Shown here piece after piece: positions 1 to 9,715 of a stretch of 48,599 bases of DNA. The stretch spans positions 1 through 48,599 of the forward strand of contig JABDNZ010000169.1 of assembly GCA_013043565.1 (NCBI GenBank), read 5' to 3'. The translations under genes were made by a program, and so were the position numbers. The notes under the pieces are model-generated. The model was not told the DNA's origin, made no database searches, and saw only the letters and a program-made list of their open reading frames with translations. The DNA comes from Gemmatimonadota bacterium. Lineage in GTDB: Bacteria > Gemmatimonadota > Gemmatimonadetes > Longimicrobiales > Gaopeijiaceae. The first letter of the stretch is position 1; each line of letters opens with the position of its first letter.

Positions 1-38
1 ACTCCGGTACCGCCATAGACGAGAGGGTCGTCGCTTTT

Positions 39-1163
39 GTGGAGGGGCACGCACCCGAACAGCTGCAGTTCGTCATCGATCTCAGCAACCAGAACAGCTT
101 CTCCTACAACAAACCTGGGACCGACCGGGTCGCCGAGATGATTCTGGAGAGGATCGGCGGGCTGTTCCCGGTTCACCGGGTGGTGGAGCATCGGGAAGTC
201 GGGAATCTCCACATTCTCAGCACGGTGACCGAGGGGACCAGCATCTACCTCCTGGGTCATATGGACACGGTATTCCCCCCGAACCACCCGTTCAAGGAGT
301 GCCGCCTGGACGGCGACAAACTGCGCGGCCCCGGCTCCGGCGACATGAAAGCCGGCGTCGCTAGTATCGTCTATTCCGTTCTGGCCCTTCACGACGCTGG
401 TGTGTTGGACAGGGTCCCCCTGACCGTGATCCTGGGAAGTGACGAAGAAATTGGAGCCGTCTACTCCCGATCCGTCTATGAGGAGGAGAGAGAAAAGGCC
501 CTCGCCTGTCTCGTGGTCGAAGGAGGCGGCGTCAACCGGGAGATCGTCGTCTCACGAAACGGGAAGATCGGGGCGAGAGTGGACTGCATTGGCCAGGACC
601 AACACGTGGGGGCGGTCGACCTCCAGAAAGCCAGCGCCGTTTTGGAGCTGGCCCACAAGACGATTTCGCTGGAGGGTTTGAACGGGACGTTCCCTGGGGT
701 CCGGGTCAACGTCGGGAAGGTAGAGGGAGGCCTGGGCCCGGCCACCATTCCGGCCAAATCCCATGCCCTTATCGACGTTCGCTGGCAGGATCAGTCGGTG
801 CGGGACGAACTGGTCGCGAGTATAGCAGACGCTGTGGGTAGAGAAGACCTTCCTGGATGTCGATCCGAGTTCACCATCATGAACGAACGGAGTGCCTGGC
901 CCCTGACCAGTGGCACGCAACGACTGTCCGAGATCGTCAAGAAGGTGAGCCTGGAACTGGGACACCCCATTCAACAGGAACACAGGTTGGGCACATCCGA
1001 CTCCAACTTCTTCGGTTGTGCCGGCGTCCCGACGATCGACGGCCTCGGACCCATCTGCAAGGGATATCATACGGCAGATGAGTTCGTGTACGTCTCCAGC
1101 ATCCCCGAGCGCACGGCGTTGGTAGCCCGATCCCTTCTGGCCATAACCGAAGAGATGACATGA
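39..1163 (+). CDS. M20 family metallopeptidase (AbgB / carboxypeptidase G2-like amidohydrolase)
   Basis: 374-aa ORF with M20 metal-ligand motifs GHMDTVFP, GPGSGDMKAG and GSDEEIG. The frame stays open back to window position 3, so the true start could lie upstream of the window. The stop overlaps the next start (ATGA at 1160-1163). Confidence 0.85.
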   Translation: MEGHAPEQLQFVIDLSNQNSFSYNKPGTDRVAEMILERIGGLFPVHRVVEHREVGNLHILSTVTEGTSIYLLGHMDTVFPPNHPFKECRLDGDKLRGPGSGDMKAGVASIVYSVLALHDAGVLDRVPLTVILGSDEEIGAVYSRSVYEEEREKALACLVVEGGGVNREIVVSRNGKIGARVDCIGQDQHVGAVDLQKASAVLELAHKTISLEGLNGTFPGVRVNVGKVEGGLGPATIPAKSHALIDVRWQDQSVRDELVASIADAVGREDLPGCRSEFTIMNERSAWPLTSGTQRLSEIVKKVSLELGHPIQQEHRLGTSDSNFFGCAGVPTIDGLGPICKGYHTADEFVYVSSIPERTALVARSLLAITEEMT

Positions 1164-2776
1164 CCGACCCGGGGTCCGGGAGGTTCTTCGACCGCTTCAT
1201 TCGGGGCGCAGAGCGTATCGGGAACGTCCTCCCCCATCCATTCATGGTCTTTGTGCTCCTGATCATGGTCGTGGTGGGGCTTTCCATTCTCCTCGCCCAG
1301 CTCGGCACATCGGTCTCCTACGTCACCATCGATCCAGCCACTGGCGAGGAAGCCACCAACACTGTCCGGGTCCTGAGTCTCGCCCAGCGGTCCATCATCC
1401 AGGAGACCATGCAGGACTTCGTGAACATCTACGCCACCTTCACCCCCGTAGGATTCGTGATCATCATGATCCTCGGAGTAAGCGTGGCGGAGCACACGGG
1501 GTTCTTCTCGGCGGTAATCCGGACCATCGTCCGCCGGACGCCTCCAGCTCTCATCACCTTCGTCATCGCTGTGGTGGGGATCTGCGCGAACATCGCCTCC
1601 GATGCCGGAATCGTCATCGCACCCACCCTGGGCGGTGCCATCTTCCTCGCGTTGAGACGACATCCGGTGGCAGGAGTCTGCGCCGGATACGTGGCGGCCT
1701 ACGGCGGATTCTCGGCGAACCTCCTGATCTCCGGGACCGACGTGGTTTTAGCCGGCATCACGCAGTCGGCGGCCAGCCATTTCGCCGTCGATGCTGCCGT
1801 GCATCCCCTCATGAACTGGTATTGCATGATGGGATCGACGGTGGTCTTGGCCACGGCGGTCACGGTGGTGACCGAGAAGGTGATCGTTCCCTATCTGGGT
1901 GAGTACCGTCCTGGTGACGGGGCGGTGGGGGGTGCGGCTCCAGGAACGGATTCCGGCGCCGGGAGTGGTTCGGTTGGCGCGGTGCCCGAAGAACTCCACC
2001 TCGGCCCAGGCGAAAAACGGGGCCTCTGGGTGGCGGCCGCCGTGACGCTCCTCTTCCTGGCGGTGCTTTTGGTTTTCACCGTTCCACAGGACGCCCTTCT
2101 GCGGAACGAGGAGGGACAGCTCCTGCCCCGCTCACCCCTCATCTCCGGGATCATCTTCATTCTCTTCGCTTACTTCGTGGTGGTGGGGATCGCGTACGGC
2201 GTTGCCGCGAAGACGCTACGGTCGGAGAAAGAAGTCCCGAAGATGATGGAAAGGGGGTTGGCCGGGGTCGCCAGCTTCCTGGTGGTCTGCCTCCCGGCTT
2301 CCCTCTTCATCCACCTGTTCCAGGAGTCCAACATGACGGCGGTCATCGCCGTCAGGGGGGCCGACCTGATCCGTAATCTGGACATCGGAATGGTGCCCAC
2401 GCTGCTTCTGTTCGCCCTCTTCTGTGCGGCGTTGAACGTGGTCATCACCAGCGGTTTCACAAAGTGGCTGATCCTTGCACCCATCTTCATTCCCCTCTTC
2501 TACCAGCTGAACGTGGGGCCAGCCATCGTCCAGATGTCTTATCGGATCGGAGATTCCACCACCAACATCATCTCCCCCGTTTCGGCCTACCTGCCTTTCT
2601 TCCTCGGCCTGCTGGAGAAGTACCGGACCAAAGGTCAGGAAGTCGGGATCGGAACCGCCATGGCCCTCATGCTTCCCTACTCCCTCACCCTCCTGGTCCT
2701 CTGGATCCTGTATCTGGCGGCCTGGCTTCTCCTGGGACTCGATCCGGGGCCCGGGGTACCACTCTTCTTGAGTTGA
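1160..2776 (+). CDS. abgT: AbgT family transporter (p-aminobenzoyl-glutamate / antimetabolite transporter family)
   Basis: 538-aa polytopic membrane ORF. The N-terminus FFDRFIRGAERIGNVLPHPFMVFVLL is typical of AbgT/MtrF/YdaH proteins. It is translationally coupled to the upstream M20 gene, as in abg operons. Confidence 0.85.
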   Translation: MTDPGSGRFFDRFIRGAERIGNVLPHPFMVFVLLIMVVVGLSILLAQLGTSVSYVTIDPATGEEATNTVRVLSLAQRSIIQETMQDFVNIYATFTPVGFVIIMILGVSVAEHTGFFSAVIRTIVRRTPPALITFVIAVVGICANIASDAGIVIAPTLGGAIFLALRRHPVAGVCAGYVAAYGGFSANLLISGTDVVLAGITQSAASHFAVDAAVHPLMNWYCMMGSTVVLATAVTVVTEKVIVPYLGEYRPGDGAVGGAAPGTDSGAGSGSVGAVPEELHLGPGEKRGLWVAAAVTLLFLAVLLVFTVPQDALLRNEEGQLLPRSPLISGIIFILFAYFVVVGIAYGVAAKTLRSEKEVPKMMERGLAGVASFLVVCLPASLFIHLFQESNMTAVIAVRGADLIRNLDIGMVPTLLLFALFCAALNVVITSGFTKWLILAPIFIPLFYQLNVGPAIVQMSYRIGDSTTNIISPVSAYLPFFLGLLEKYRTKGQEVGIGTAMALMLPYSLTLLVLWILYLAAWLLLGLDPGPGVPLFLS

Positions 2777-2807
2777 ACACGTTTCGACGAGAGCCACGAG
2801 GACTCCG

Positions 2808-4469
2808 ATGAGGCTAGCACACCTGTTTTTGGCTGGGGCCCTTTTCTTCGCGGCCTGCGGACCGGTACCGAACTCGGAACATGGCGCGTCGGAGAATCCG
2901 GCGGACGCCACGCAACTCTCCGTCCCGGACCCACCCGAAGTTTCCACGGAAACCTCCGCCGACCCAGCCGGTCGATACGCCCAGGGGGCCGAGTTCATGG
3001 TGGCCGCCTCGACTCCGGAAGCCATGCAGGCCGGCAGAAACATTCTGGAGGAAGGAGGGAACGCCATCGACGCGGCGGCCGCCACGGCATTCGCCCTCAT
3101 GGTCACCGATCCTCTCATGTCCAGTGTCGGCGGGCGGGCCCAGATCCTGATCCGCCTCGCGGAGGGCACCGTCGTCGGAATCGACGGAGCCACCCAGGCG
3201 CCCCTCCGGGTGGACGAGCCGGCGAATCTCGGCCACGGATACGGAACCGTCCCGATCCCCGGTGCCCCAGCGGCCCTGGAGGAGATGCTTTCGGGGTATG
3301 GCACGCTGCCGCTGGTCCGGGTCCTGGAACCGGCGATTCGGCTGGCTGAAGAGGGCTTCAGGATCAAACCCGACGTGCACGACGCGCTGCGGACCTACGA
3401 GGACCTGCTCACCCTCTATCCAGGGACCCGGGCCCACTTCTACCGGAGCGACGGGTCCCCCTACTCGGAGGGAGAGGTTTTCAGGCAACCAGCCCTTGCC
3501 CGGACCCTCCGGGCCATGGCCCAGGAGGGTGTCGAAGCCCTCTACCGGGGCTCCCTGGCAGACGCCTTCGTCGTCGACATGGAAGAGCACGGGGGACTGG
3601 TCCGTCACGACGATCTGAATCAGTACCGCCCAAAAGAGGGGGAAGTGGTCCAGGGTGAGTACCGAAGCCATCAGATCGTAGCCCGAGGAGGGAACTGCGA
3701 CGGCGCCTCAGTCATCGAGATGCTGCAGATCCTGGAGCACTTCGAGTTGGGGATGATGGAGAGGGACAGCCCGCGATACATCCACACCATCGCTCAGGCG
3801 CTCTACGTGGGCCTGACGGACGAGTACGTTCCGGACTGGATGCAGGTTTCCAAGGATCACGCGGCCCGTCGAGTGCGGGAGATCGATCCCAACCGAGCTT
3901 TACCCATCCCAGTCAGGGGCGGGAGCCCGGAGGGGGACACCAACCACCTTTCGGTGGTGGACGGGCAGGGAAACGCCGTGGCCATCACCCAGTCCATCGG
4001 GCCGAGCTTCGGATCGAAAGTGGCGAGCCCCGAGTTGGGCTTTTTCTACGCCTACAGCTATGACATGAACGACGAGCCGGTGCCCTTCCAGAGGGAAAAG
4101 ACCAGCCAATCCCCCACCATGGTTCTGAAGGACCGGGTGCCCTTTCTGGTTCTGGGCTCCGCCGGCAGCAGCCGGATTCCCGGATCCATCGTCCGAACGG
4201 TCGTGAACGTCATCGACCACGACATGTCTCTCTGGGACGCGGTATCCTCCCGGCGCTGGTTCATCGCCGAGAACGAGCTTCGCATCGAGGCAACCGGGCT
4301 CTCGGGATCCACCCTCGGAGCCCTCGAGGGAATGGGGTACGACCTGTCTTACTACGAAGGGTTGGACGGGTACTTCGCCAGGGTCCACGCGGTCATGGTG
4401 GATGCAGGAGCCGGCCTCCTTTTTGGAGCCAGCGACCCCAGGGATTTCGGGGCGGCCGGAGGGCGTTGA
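2808..4469 (+). CDS. ggt: gamma-glutamyltransferase, probable lipoprotein
   Basis: 553-aa ORF. The autoprocessing/nucleophile region is EGDTNHLSVVDGQGNAVAITQSIG and the oxyanion-region motif is LGSAGSSRIPG. N-terminal signal with a lipobox-like LFFAAC. Confidence 0.9.
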   Translation: MRLAHLFLAGALFFAACGPVPNSEHGASENPADATQLSVPDPPEVSTETSADPAGRYAQGAEFMVAASTPEAMQAGRNILEEGGNAIDAAAATAFALMVTDPLMSSVGGRAQILIRLAEGTVVGIDGATQAPLRVDEPANLGHGYGTVPIPGAPAALEEMLSGYGTLPLVRVLEPAIRLAEEGFRIKPDVHDALRTYEDLLTLYPGTRAHFYRSDGSPYSEGEVFRQPALARTLRAMAQEGVEALYRGSLADAFVVDMEEHGGLVRHDDLNQYRPKEGEVVQGEYRSHQIVARGGNCDGASVIEMLQILEHFELGMMERDSPRYIHTIAQALYVGLTDEYVPDWMQVSKDHAARRVREIDPNRALPIPVRGGSPEGDTNHLSVVDGQGNAVAITQSIGPSFGSKVASPELGFFYAYSYDMNDEPVPFQREKTSQSPTMVLKDRVPFLVLGSAGSSRIPGSIVRTVVNVIDHDMSLWDAVSSRRWFIAENELRIEATGLSGSTLGALEGMGYDLSYYEGLDGYFARVHAVMVDAGAGLLFGASDPRDFGAAGGR

Positions 4470-4470
4470 A

Positions 4471-5883
4471 GTGAACAAACCGGGTTTTTTGGGGAGACGG
4501 CTCCAGGGCCTCCAGAGGCGATGGCAGGCGATCGCCGGCGCCGAATACGATGAGAAGACCGCTGGCCTCCGACCTCACCTGCCTCCCGAAGACCGGCCCC
4601 ACGTAGGCGAACTGATGCGGCAGAGCCTGGACCCGAGGGGAGGCGAGATCTTGGCCCGATCCCGGGCGGCGGCATTGGGCCGGGTGTATCTCACCCTCAA
4701 CGAGACCGGGCGATCAGAATTCCTCCGAATGTTGGCCCAAGACTTCGACCTCGAAGCGGCCGCAGTGAAGAAGGCTCTGGCCGACCTGAATGCCGCGAAG
4801 ACTTCCGGCGCCCGGAGAAAAGCCAGACAAGCCCTGGTTCAGGCCACCGATCCGCCCCGCACGACGATCCTCACCCGTTTCAATGCCCTCCCCCAGGGGG
4901 TCAAGTTCCTGGTCGACCTCCGGGCCGACCTGCTCCCGCTGGTGAAGGGCGATGCGGTGCTGGCCTCTCTGGACGATGACCTGAAAGGGCTCCTGGCCTC
5001 GTGGTTCGACGTCGATTTCCTGCAGCTCCGCCGGATCTCTTGGAACACCGCATCCGGAGCGCTGCTGGAGAAGTTCATGGCCTACGAAGCGGTCCACCCG
5101 GTGGAGAGCTGGGAGGATCTGAAGAACCGATTGGATCACGACCGCCGGTACTTCGCGTTTTTTCATCCTCGCATGCCTGATGAACCCCTCATCTTCCTGG
5201 AAGTCGCCCTGGTTCGAGGCATGGCCGGCAACATCCAGGAACTTCTGGACCCCTCGGCCCCCGTCGGCGACCCCCGGAAGGCCGATACCGCCATCTTTTA
5301 TTCCATCTCCAACGCCCAGAAGGGCCTCGCGGGCATCTCCTTCGGGGGATTCTTGATCAAGCGGGTAGTGGACGAGCTGGCACAGGAGTTCCCGGGGCTT
5401 CGAACCTTCGCCACCCTCTCCCCTCTTCCAGGATTCAGGAAGTGGTTGGAAGGGGGCTTACGGAAAGACGAAGGCCTGTTCCGGCCCGCCGAAATCAAGC
5501 AGACCCGAAAGTGGGTGGCTGAAGAAGAGACGAACCAGTGGTTCGGAGGAGTACTGCGTGACGCCCTGTGGAGAGAGGACAAAGGGATCGAGAGGGCGGT
5601 AAAAACGGCACTCCTGCGTTTAGCAGCCCGCTACCTGACAGCGGAGTCCAGGTCGGGGGGCGGCGCACTGGATCCGGTGGCTCATTTTCATCTGAGCAAC
5701 GGTGCGACGGTGGAGCGTCTGAATTGGGAAGCCGACGTGTCCGAGAAGGGAATGAAGCAATCGGCCGGGATCATGGTGAACTACCTCTACAACTCTCGCA
5801 GAATCGAGGAGAACCACGAGGCTTATAAGGGAAGGGGAAAGGTGACCACCTCCCCTTCCCTGAAGAACCTCCTCAAGGGTTAG
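4471..5883 (+). CDS. malonyl-CoA decarboxylase (MCD/MatA) family protein
   Basis: Family-typical blocks FLQLRRISWNTASGALLEKFMAYEAVHPV, YFAFFHPRMPDEPLIFLEVAL and VAHFHLSNGA. The track ORF begins at 4402, inside ggt. I prefer GTG 4471, which sits just after the ggt stop (4467-4469) and is preceded by GGAGGG at 4458-4463. Confidence 0.8.
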   Translation: MNKPGFLGRRLQGLQRRWQAIAGAEYDEKTAGLRPHLPPEDRPHVGELMRQSLDPRGGEILARSRAAALGRVYLTLNETGRSEFLRMLAQDFDLEAAAVKKALADLNAAKTSGARRKARQALVQATDPPRTTILTRFNALPQGVKFLVDLRADLLPLVKGDAVLASLDDDLKGLLASWFDVDFLQLRRISWNTASGALLEKFMAYEAVHPVESWEDLKNRLDHDRRYFAFFHPRMPDEPLIFLEVALVRGMAGNIQELLDPSAPVGDPRKADTAIFYSISNAQKGLAGISFGGFLIKRVVDELAQEFPGLRTFATLSPLPGFRKWLEGGLRKDEGLFRPAEIKQTRKWVAEEETNQWFGGVLRDALWREDKGIERAVKTALLRLAARYLTAESRSGGGALDPVAHFHLSNGATVERLNWEADVSEKGMKQSAGIMVNYLYNSRRIEENHEAYKGRGKVTTSPSLKNLLKG

Positions 5884-6129
5884 GCCGGGACCTCCACCAC
5901 CCCCCTCCTCCGTCATCCGTGCGAAGCAGGTGATGCTGAGAGCGGCCGTGATGCTTGGCAAAGCGGCTCTCACCCTTCCTCCTTAAGCGGATGCCCTCGG
6001 GAGAAGGCACCGTCAGCAGCAGACCCGTGTTCGAAGGCCTGCTGCCCAGAATAGGCCAGCCTCGCCCGGCCAAAAGCGGAGACCCCTCATTCTTGCGACA
6101 ATCGAGACTGTCCGACGATCTTCGTTGCC

Positions 6130-8363
6130 ATGAACGTTTCACGAATACAAAGGTTTCTTGCCGAAATGAAGCGCCGTCGGGTCTTTCGGACGGCCGCAGC
6201 ATATGGAGCTGGGGCTTTCGTGGCCCTGGAGGGGATCGACCTGTTGGCCGAGGGCCTGCTGTTGCCGGTTGTCCTTCTAAGGGCCTCCACTGTCATTGCG
6301 TTGGCGGGCTTCCCTATTGCCATCGCACTCAGTTGGATCTTCGAGATTCGATCCGACGGGCGTTTGGCGAGGACTCAGGGCGCAAACGAGACCGAACTGG
6401 CAGAGTTGTTTCGAGAGGCTCGGGTGCGACGCTGGGGAAGCGGCCTCCTCGGGCTCGGGGGCATCGCCCTCCTGATCGCAGGCATCGTCACGGGCTCAGG
6501 TGGCGTCTGGCTCCTCTCACTCCGGAACCAGGATGCGTTGTTCGCCGCGCGGGCCCTGCCTCGAATCGAACAGCTAATCCTCGATCAAGAGTTTGTGCAG
6601 GCCTATGACCTGGCTACTCAGCTCTCTGCCGTCACCGGGCCCGACGCGGTCTCCGACGAGATGTGGGAAGCGATGTCCCAACGGGTTTCAATCGAGTCGG
6701 ACCCCAGCGGTGCTACCGTCCACGTGCAGCCTTTTTCCCCCGACGCCCCATGGACGGAGTTGGGAAAGACACCTCTCGTGGACGCTAGGGTTGCGGCAGG
6801 CGTTCTCCGTTGGCGTGTGGAGTTGGACGGCTTCGTCGATGGAGAGCTTGTCGGTCAAACAAGTGGGCGCACCACTCTCTCGTTCGTTCTCCAGGCTGAG
6901 GGGAGCCCGGAATCAACGATGGTGCGTGTACCGGCCGGCACCGTGCGGCTGTTCGCAATGGCGGGGGTCCGTGCGGCCCCCTCGGTGTCGGTGGGCGAAT
7001 TCCTCATCGATCGATTCGAAGTCCGCAACGTCGAGTTCGCCCGGTTCGTGGAGGCCGGCGGCTACGAACGAGAGGAGTTCTGGCACCAAGAGTTCTTGGA
7101 TGGCCAACTCCGGTTGACCTTCGAAGAAGCGATGGCACGGTTTCTGGATTCCACGGGGCGGTCCGGGCCCTCGAACTGGGAGTTCGGCACCTACCCGGAC
7201 GGCCAGGGGAACCACCCGGTGGGTGGCGTTAGCTGGTATGAAGCTGAGGCCTAATCCGCCTTCGCCGGAAAACAGCTCCCGAGCGTTTATCACTGGTACC
7301 TCGCCGACAACGGCAATGACATTCAGCGCTTCCCGGGCTTCATTCTGCCCCTGGCGAACTATGGTGGGACGGGGCCTCGCCCAGCAGAAGCCGCAGAGGC
7401 CATCGGTGCCCACGGTGCTTATGAAATGGCTGGGAATATGCGGGAATGGACAGCCAACCCCAGCGGTGAAGGACGTCTGGCTCTGGCGGGGCTTGGACCG
7501 ATCCCGACTATGTCTATTTGATACCCGAGATCCTCGATCCCTTCGACCGGGATGCGGGCAACGGGATTCGCACGATTAAGCTTTTGGATGAGGTCAAGGC
7601 CTCGCAGGTCGCTTGGGGGCCGCTTCCACCGGCCACCACTCCGGACCCCCGGAAAGCCGTGCCCGTGTCTGATGAAGTCTACGGCGTATTCGAACGGTTC
7701 TTCGAGTCGGAGCCGGTGCCACTCGAACCTGCGATCGAGGAGGAAGACCACTCTTCGCCCCACTGGATCCGACAACGCCTCTCCTTCGCAGCGGGTTATG
7801 GCGACGATCGGGTCACGGCGCTTCTCTACCTACCCAAGAGCGCAAAGCCTCCCTACCAAACGATGGTGTTCATGGGAGGAGCAGGTTCGTTCTCTCAGCG
7901 GCCTAGCACCTCAGAAGACTTGATCCAGAACTGGTCCAGGATGGAGTACCTGATCCGCGGTGGCCGAGCTGTTCTCTTCCCCCTTTGGAACGGGTCCTAC
8001 GAACGAGGTGACAAATTCTCACCCACGGGCTCCGGTGCTGTGGCATTCCGGGAGAAAACAATCGAGTGGGTGAAGGAGCTTCGGCAGTCGGTGGATTACC
8101 TGGAGACCCGGGACTATATCGACCCAGACAAGATAGGGTTTGAGGGAACCAGTTACGGGGCCCTCATGATGAACGGCCGCTATGATCCCATCTTCCCTTA
8201 CGAATCCTCCCAGCTCCCGATGTTCGAGGCCCTCGGAACTCCCGACACACAGAAGCGATTCCTGACATTCCCCTCGGGCCACTCGAGCTACGGATGGAAC
8301 TCCGAGCTCTACCGTGAAGGGATCAGTTGGCTCGACCAACTCTTCGGCAAACCGTTGCGGTGA
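6130..8363 (+). pseudogene. disrupted gene: N-terminal membrane anchor + FGE-sulfatase (SUMF1/EgtB/PvdO-type) domain + alpha/beta-hydrolase domain
   Basis: ORF 6130-7254 ends at an in-frame TAA (7252-7254) in the middle of the FGE motif HPVGGVSWYEAEA*SAFAGKQLP. The same frame stays open to 7521 (..AYEMAGNMREWTANPSGEGR). The domain then continues in the -1 frame (GGAWTDPDYVYLIPEILDPFDRDAGNGIRTIKLL), which needs a 1-nt shift near 7477-7490. The hydrolase part has the nucleophile elbow GTSYG only 11 residues before the acid-residue motif NGRYDPIFP, implying an in-frame internal deletion near 8164-8170. Confidence 0.8.
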
Positions 8364-8495
8364 GAGCAGGCCCCGAGATCGCAAACCCATTCTCGTCGGA
8401 GACTGGGGGATTCCCTGGGGGCCTGCTAACGGTTTGCGTTGGAACTGCGCTCGCTGCGCGATGCCCGGTCGTCTTTGGCTCTGCCGCAGGGCAGG

Positions 8496-8720
8496 TCAGC
8501 TGCGGATACCGCGAACCGAAAGAAGATCCTCTCGGGGTATGCTCCGCCAGAAACAACCGCGGGTTAGACTACAGCCACCGGGCCTGAGCTCCTGAGGAAT
8601 CACCGAAAGACTGTAGTCATTCCGGAGGTAGGCCAAGCCCCCACTGCCCTCTACCTCAATCATCTCCAGGTTGAATTCGAGGACAGAATCGAACTGGGCC
8701 ATTGAGGCCTGGATTGCCAT
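8496..8720 (-). pseudogene. possible remnant of a SnoaL/DUF4440-like (NTF2-fold) gene
   Basis: 74-aa ORF whose segment IEVEGSGGLAYLRNDYSLSVIP resembles the C-terminal half of DUF4440 proteins. The N-terminal half is absent because the upstream gene ends at 8753, and the tail looks frame-scrambled. Confidence 0.3.
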
Positions 8721-8752
8721 TCGGCCTGCTCGGGCCCCGGCTCGTGCCCCGC

Positions 8753-9715
8753 TTATGGCTGCACCAGAACCTCACCCTCCCGCACTACTATCTCTTCATC
8801 GATCCAGACAGTTGGCTCCCGGGTGATGGCGTCGAAGTGGGTTTTTGCCGACACGGTGCCACCCAGGTTCGCTGACGTCCCGATCCCCAGGTGGATCGTC
8901 CCGTTCACCCCTTCGTCGTTCAACATCTCTCCGGTGAACTCGGTGCATAACGGGTTCAGGCCGAAAGCAAACTGGGCCACGTTGTACACCCATCGATCGT
9001 CCTGATCGGAAAGAAGGTCGGAAAGGAATCTGGCTTGATCGCCGCCAGAAATGGACGTGACGAACCCGTCCTCTATGACAAACTCGACGGTGTCCCTTAT
9101 CACGCCGACGCCGTAGTACGGGATACTCCCATCCACCACCAACCGGCCTGCGCAGGTCCCCTGGGCGGGAGAGCAGTTCGCCTCGATGTTCGGCACGGCT
9201 GTGAAGCCTGGGCCGTCCAGAAGGCATGCGTGGCTGTTTCCCACCACATCCTCCAACCCCATGGTGAGGTCCGTTCCAGCCGGACTTGTCACCCTGAGGG
9301 CAGAGCCCCGGGACAACCGATCGGCCAGAGCGAGACAGACAGGCTGACGGGAGCGGAAGTCGGTGAAGAGCCCGCCCTCCCGCATCATTCGAGGCGTGAA
9401 AGCCGTCATGGACACGACGCGGGCTCCCCGTGCTATCGCTTCCCGCACGGCCCGGGTATGGGCCATGGCCAAGGCAACCGGCAAGAACACCACGTCGGCG
9501 CCAACCAGAGCTCCAGCCACCGTAGCCGGCGGCTCCTCGTTGTCGATTACCCTTGGCGGAGGCATCACCAGAACGGGGATTCCTCCAGCGGCTGCCGTCG
9601 CTTCGAGGAGGGCGTCCGCGATCTCTCGCAGTGCGGGGTCTGCCACCACCGCGACCTGGTCCCCCGGGCAAACGCCCGCACAGTCGTTCACCAGGACTGA
9701 GGCGCCTGCCTTCAC
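8753..9715 (-). CDS. COG2309 (aminopeptidase T / 2,5-dihydroxypyridine dioxygenase NicX-like) metalloenzyme, paralog 2
   Basis: Homologous along its length to the upstream gene. The C-terminal block is MLNDEGVNGTIHLGIGTSANLGGTVSAKTHFD. The start is placed at GTG 9715, which overlaps the upstream stop (GTGA); the track ORF start at 9775 would overlap by 64 nt. Confidence 0.7.
   Translation of the reverse strand: MKAGASVLVNDCAGVCPGDQVAVVADPALREIADALLEATAAAGGIPVLVMPPPRVIDNEEPPATVAGALVGADVVFLPVALAMAHTRAVREAIARGARVVSMTAFTPRMMREGGLFTDFRSRQPVCLALADRLSRGSALRVTSPAGTDLTMGLEDVVGNSHACLLDGPGFTAVPNIEANCSPAQGTCAGRLVVDGSIPYYGVGVIRDTVEFVIEDGFVTSISGGDQARFLSDLLSDQDDRWVYNVAQFAFGLNPLCTEFTGEMLNDEGVNGTIHLGIGTSANLGGTVSAKTHFDAITREPTVWIDEEIVVREGEVLVQP

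Noticed and set aside
2216-3367. 383-aa minus-strand ORF spanning the AbgT/GGT junction, plus other long shadow ORFs (2814-3671, 9790-10791, 8796-9752, 13682-14821, 21394-22338, 36092-36877, 40010-40948).
   Set aside because: All lie antisense or out of frame to genes with strong family motifs and have Arg/Pro/Gly-biased low-complexity translations. They are treated as GC-driven artefacts.
4402-4470. The upstream 23 codons of the malonyl-CoA decarboxylase ORF, overlapping ggt by 68 nt.
   Set aside because: GTG 4471 follows the ggt stop directly and has a GGAGGG Shine-Dalgarno at suitable spacing. The extension carries no family similarity.
5955-6608. 217-aa plus-strand ORF overlapping the start of the FGE-domain gene.
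   Set aside because: It is an Arg/Gly/Pro-rich shadow frame. The in-frame alternative (6130 onward) has the family-typical N-terminus MKRRRVFRTAAAYGAGAFVALEGIDLL.
7252-7254. In-frame TAA as programmed readthrough or stop-codon reassignment.
   Set aside because: TAA is used as a normal terminator elsewhere in the window (for example 26710-12). The same gene also has a frameshift and an internal deletion, so decay is the simpler explanation.
8366-8427. Long-range complementary arms GCAGGCCCC / GGGGCCTGC after the pseudogene, as a terminator or structured RNA.
   Set aside because: The arms are separated by more than 40 nt with no convincing internal structure or U-tract, and nothing suggests a known riboswitch or sRNA.
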